A stretch of 63,066 bases of DNA, filler included, from Octopus bimaculoides (Eukaryota), in NCBI RefSeq assembly GCF_001194135.2. It is 4 parts of 4 records of this genome, joined end to end, with 100 filler letters (N's around TTAATTAATTAA, not from the genome) between each part and the next. Parts side by side here need not be neighbours in the genome. Positions count along the whole stretch, not along the records: positions 57,345 to 63,066 come from NW_026327745.1; 3 more parts are not named here. The stretch is one strand, 5' to 3'. A program made the translations under genes and the position numbers. Below, in pieces: positions 59,399 to 63,066 of the stretch; within the stretch, counting starts at the first letter, position 1, and every line of letters begins with the position of its first letter. The notes under the pieces are model-generated. The model ran no database searches. It was given only the letters and a program-made list of their open reading frames with translations, and was not told where the DNA came from.

Positions 59399-61650
59399 TG
59401 TACGTAAGTGTCAGCGTGTTTCCATGTATAAGAGAGAAAGAGAAAAAGAGTTAAAAGGAGAGAGAGACACACACACAGAAAGGAATGTCTATCATGGTGG
59501 TGGTAACCACCCCCGATCTGTATATCTATTCTCCGGCTTAAACGATTCAGAAAAGCAGAGTAAATACGATAAGTGATCATCTAGTTAAGACTGGTAACAT
59601 GGCAACCGTATTTGGATCAATGCTTCGAATTTGTCACGCTACAGCTAATCCTAATCCGAAATCTATAGGTAAAGTGTTATTCTTAAATCTTCATTGTTAA
59701 GACAGAAGTGTGATTAAAGTTTCACTGAATAAGATTGCGGAAACGGAAGGAGTTTTAGGAAATATGATTTTCGCTTTGACGTATAAGGGATCGCTGGAGA
59801 TTAGGGAACTGGACAAATGAAAATGACAGGAAGTGAACCAATGTGGCTAGTCAGTTATATTTCAGTGTGTTTATATGGTGGACATATGGTTGGTCGGGTG
59901 GGTGGTTGTATGACTGGATGTGTGGATGAATGGATGAGTGAATGGGTGGATAGATCGATAGCAAGACCATTTGACACCAGCATATATATGCGTACGGGCG
60001 TGTGTCTGAGTAAACGTGTGTGTATGTAAGCATGTGTGTGTTGAAGTTGAAAGAAATCTTCACAAACTGTTACTCAGAGTTTCGCGTTACCGCTCGTCGG
60101 ACAGTTGTGACTATACCAAATAGGTTTGCGAGGATTTTTCAGCTTTAATAAAAAGCATATTGCTCTACCGTCGGTATTCGAGTACTATTTTGCTGCCTTG
60201 ATTTGATTTGCAACTATGCGCTTACTTGTGTGTGTGTGTATATNNNNNNNNNNNNNNNNNNNNNNNNNNNNNNNNNNNNNNNNNNNNNNNNNNNNNNNNN
60301 NNNNNNNNNNNNNNNNNNNNNNNNNNNNNNNNNNNNNNNNNNNNNNNNNNNNNNNNNNNNNNNNNNNNNNNNNNNNNNNNNNNNNNNNNNNNNNNNNNNN
60401 NNNNNNNNNNNNNNNNNNNNNNNNNNNNNNNNNNNNNNNNNNNNNNNNNNNNNNNNNNNNNNNNNNNNNNNNNNNNNNNNNNNNNNNNNNNNNNNNNNNN
60501 NNNNNNNNNNNNNNNNNNNNNNNNNNNNNNNNNNNNNNNNNNNNNNNNNNNNNNNNNNNNNNNNNNNNNNNNNNNNNNNNNNNNNNNNNNNNNNNNNNNN
60601 NNNNNNNNNNNNNNNNNNNNNNNNNNNNNNNNNNNNNNNNNNNNNNNNNNNNNNNNNNNNNNNNNNNNNNNNNNNNNNNNNNNNNNNNNNNNNNNNNNNN
60701 NNNNNNNNNNNNNNNNNNNNNNNNNNNNNNNNNNNNNNNNNNNNNNNNNNNNNNNNNNNNNNNNNNNNNNNNNNNNNNNNNNNNNNNNNNNNNNNNNNNN
60801 NNNNNNNNNNNNNNNNNNNNNNNNNNNNNNNNNNNNNNNNNNNNNNNNNNNNNNNNNNNNNNNNNNNNNNNNNNNNNNNNNNNNNNNNNNNNNNNNNNNN
60901 NNNNNNNNNNNNNNNNNNNNNNNNNNNNNNNNNNNNNNNNNNNNNNNNNNNNNNNNNNNNNNNNNNNNNNNNNNNNNNNNNNNNNNNNNNNNNNNNTATA
61001 TATATATATATATATGGATGTATGTATGCATATATATACATATATATATAAGTATATATATATGCGGGCACACAATGTATGTGTATATATATCTATGCGA
61101 ATATATACGTGCGTGTACATATATATATATGCATGCTCATGTAGATATGTGCATGTGCGTGCGTGCGTGTGTGTGTGAGTGTATATGTGTGTGTTTGCTT
61201 GCGTGTGTCTGTGTACAGAGAGAGACACACAAATAGCAAAGAAGATTCACTGGTTGATTGATTGGTCATTTATCAGATATATTTATAAAACAAAAAAATC
61301 ATCAAAAGAAAATTTATTGTAAAAAAAAAATAATAAAAAGAATAGTAACAAAAAAGTAAAAAGAGCTTAAAGTAAAGAAACATTTTAACGCTTCGTGAAA
61401 TGATGTAACCTTCGAAAGCTGGATTAAGCGAATATTCAGCTACAGATGTTACCTCCCTTGTCATTGTAATTCTCCGGTTGCAGACGGTAGGCACTGACAC
61501 GACAGTTACGACGTAGAAATGCGATGTAATACCAGGTTTGACCAACATTTTTTTTTTTCATGGTTGACTTCATTGTTGTATGAGAGACAGGGGACGAATA
61601 ATAGATGTAGCGCCTCCCCGTTAGACACAGAGAGGCTATCTATCGCTCCC

Positions 61651-61681
<31 letters not shown>

Positions 61682-62518
61682 CTCTGTATATATATATATA
61701 TATATATATGCGAGTAAAAATAAATACAAAAAAGGGGTTTTTTTTGTATGATTGTGTATAGATGAATATATTATTTTGTTTAAAAGAGTTCCAACACTGT
61801 CTGTTTTTTATGTTTTATTTATATTCCTGCAAAACCAATGTGGGATATAGAATATGGAATATACAATATATAATATAATATACAACATATAATATAAAAT
61901 AAAAATGGATGGTACTATGAAATAAAGTATTGANNNNNNNNNNNNNNNNNNNNNNNNNNNNNNNNNNNNNNNNNNNNNNNNNNNNNNNNNNNNNNNNNNN
62001 NNNNNNNNNNNNNNNNNNNNNNNNNNNNNNNNNNNNNNNNNNNNNNNNNNNNNNNNNNNNNNNNNNNNNNNNNNNNNNNNNNNNNNNNNNNNNNNNNNNN
62101 NNNNNNNNNNNNNNNNNNNNNNNNNNNNNNNNNNNNNNNNNNNNNNNNNNNNNNNNNNNNNNNNNNNNNNNNNNNNNNNNNNNNNNNNNNNNNNNNNNNN
62201 NNNNNNNNNNNNNNNNNNNNNNNNNNNNNNNNNNNNNNNNNNNNNNNNNNNNNNNNNNNNNNNNNNNNNNNNNNNNNNNNNNNNNNNNNNNNNNNNNNNN
62301 NNNNNNNNNNNNNNNNNNNNNNNNNNNNNNNNNNNNNNNNNNNNNNNNNNNNNNNNNNNNNNNNNNNNNNNNNNNNNNNNNNNNNNNNNNNNNNNNNNNN
62401 NNNNNNNNNNNNNNNNNNNNNNNNNNNNNNNNNNNNNNNNNNNNNNNNNNNNNNNNNNNNNNNNNNNNNNTATACGTATGTATGTATGTATGTATGTATA
62501 TGTATGTATGTATATATA

Positions 62519-62975
62519 GGCGCAGGGGTGGCTGTGTGGTGAGTAGCTTGCTTACCAACCACATGGTTCCGAGTTCAGTTCCACTGCGTGCCACCTTGGT
62601 CAACTGTCTTCTACTATAGCCTCGGACCGACCAAAGCCTTGTGAGTGGATTTGGTAGACTGAAACTGAAAGAAGCCCGTCATGTGTGTGTATATATATAT
62701 ATATATGTGTATGTATGTATGTATGTATGTATGTATGTATGTATGTATGTGTATATGTGTTTGTGTGTCTGTGTTTGTCCCCCGCCATCTCTTGTCAACC
62801 GATGCCGGTGTGCTTACGTCGGCCTAACTTAACGGTTCGGCAAAATAGACCGATAGAATAGGTACAAGGCTTACAAAGATTAAAGCCTGGGGTCGATTTG
62901 TTCCACTAAAGGCAATGCTCCAGCATGGCTGCAGTGAAATGACTGAAACAAGTAAAAGAATAAAAGAAAGAATAA
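62519..62975 (+). mobile_element. SINE family B, full length with expanded internal (TA)/(TATG) microsatellite
   Basis: GGCGCAGGGGTGGCTGTGTGG head to CAGCATGGCTGCAGTGAAATGACTGAAACAAGTAAAAGA tail; embedded in TA repeats. Confidence 0.95.
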
Positions 62976-62998
62976 AAGAAAAAATATATATATATGTA

Positions 62999-63036
<38 letters not shown>

Positions 63037-63066
63037 CACATATATACACATATACATATACATATG

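Overview
Eukaryotic, AT-rich, repeat-saturated draft genomic sequence with many N gaps. The SINE families and compound (TA)n/(TATC)n/(AAT)n microsatellites look like an octopod cephalopod (Octopus-like) genome; this is an inference from recognition, not a database result. Three artificial 100-bp spacers (44 N + TTAATTAATTAA + 44 N at 19896-19995, 50136-50235, 57245-57344) split the window into four blocks whose true adjacency is unproven. No intact gene, RNA gene or CRISPR array is visible, and almost all long ORFs in the track are microsatellite or N artefacts. Content: (i) a cluster of decayed R4/Dong-type non-LTR retrotransposons (RT, CCHC knuckle, restriction-like endonuclease) bracketed by (AAT)n, confined to block 1; (ii) L1/Tx1-like and RTE-like LINE remnants; (iii) at least four tRNA-headed SINE families in about 30 copies, including a module-swapped chimera; (iv) mariner, maT/Tc1, hAT, piggyBac-like and Penelope (GIY-YIG) remnants; (v) a few isolated candidate host exons, the best at 51301-51447 (-). 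The most unusual structures are a perfect 220-bp palindrome centred on (TA)31 (38612-38831), a pre-miRNA-shaped 84-nt hairpin (35275-35358), a 5'-inverted R4/Dong insertion (9755-10945), a 3'-UTR stem-loop with a compensatory base-pair change, a headless 3'-anchored ~540-bp repeat ending in (AAT)n, and a decayed minimal hammerhead ribozyme fold (21672-21716). TE and SINE boundaries are read by eye and approximate (about +/-10-20 bp) unless stated as exact.
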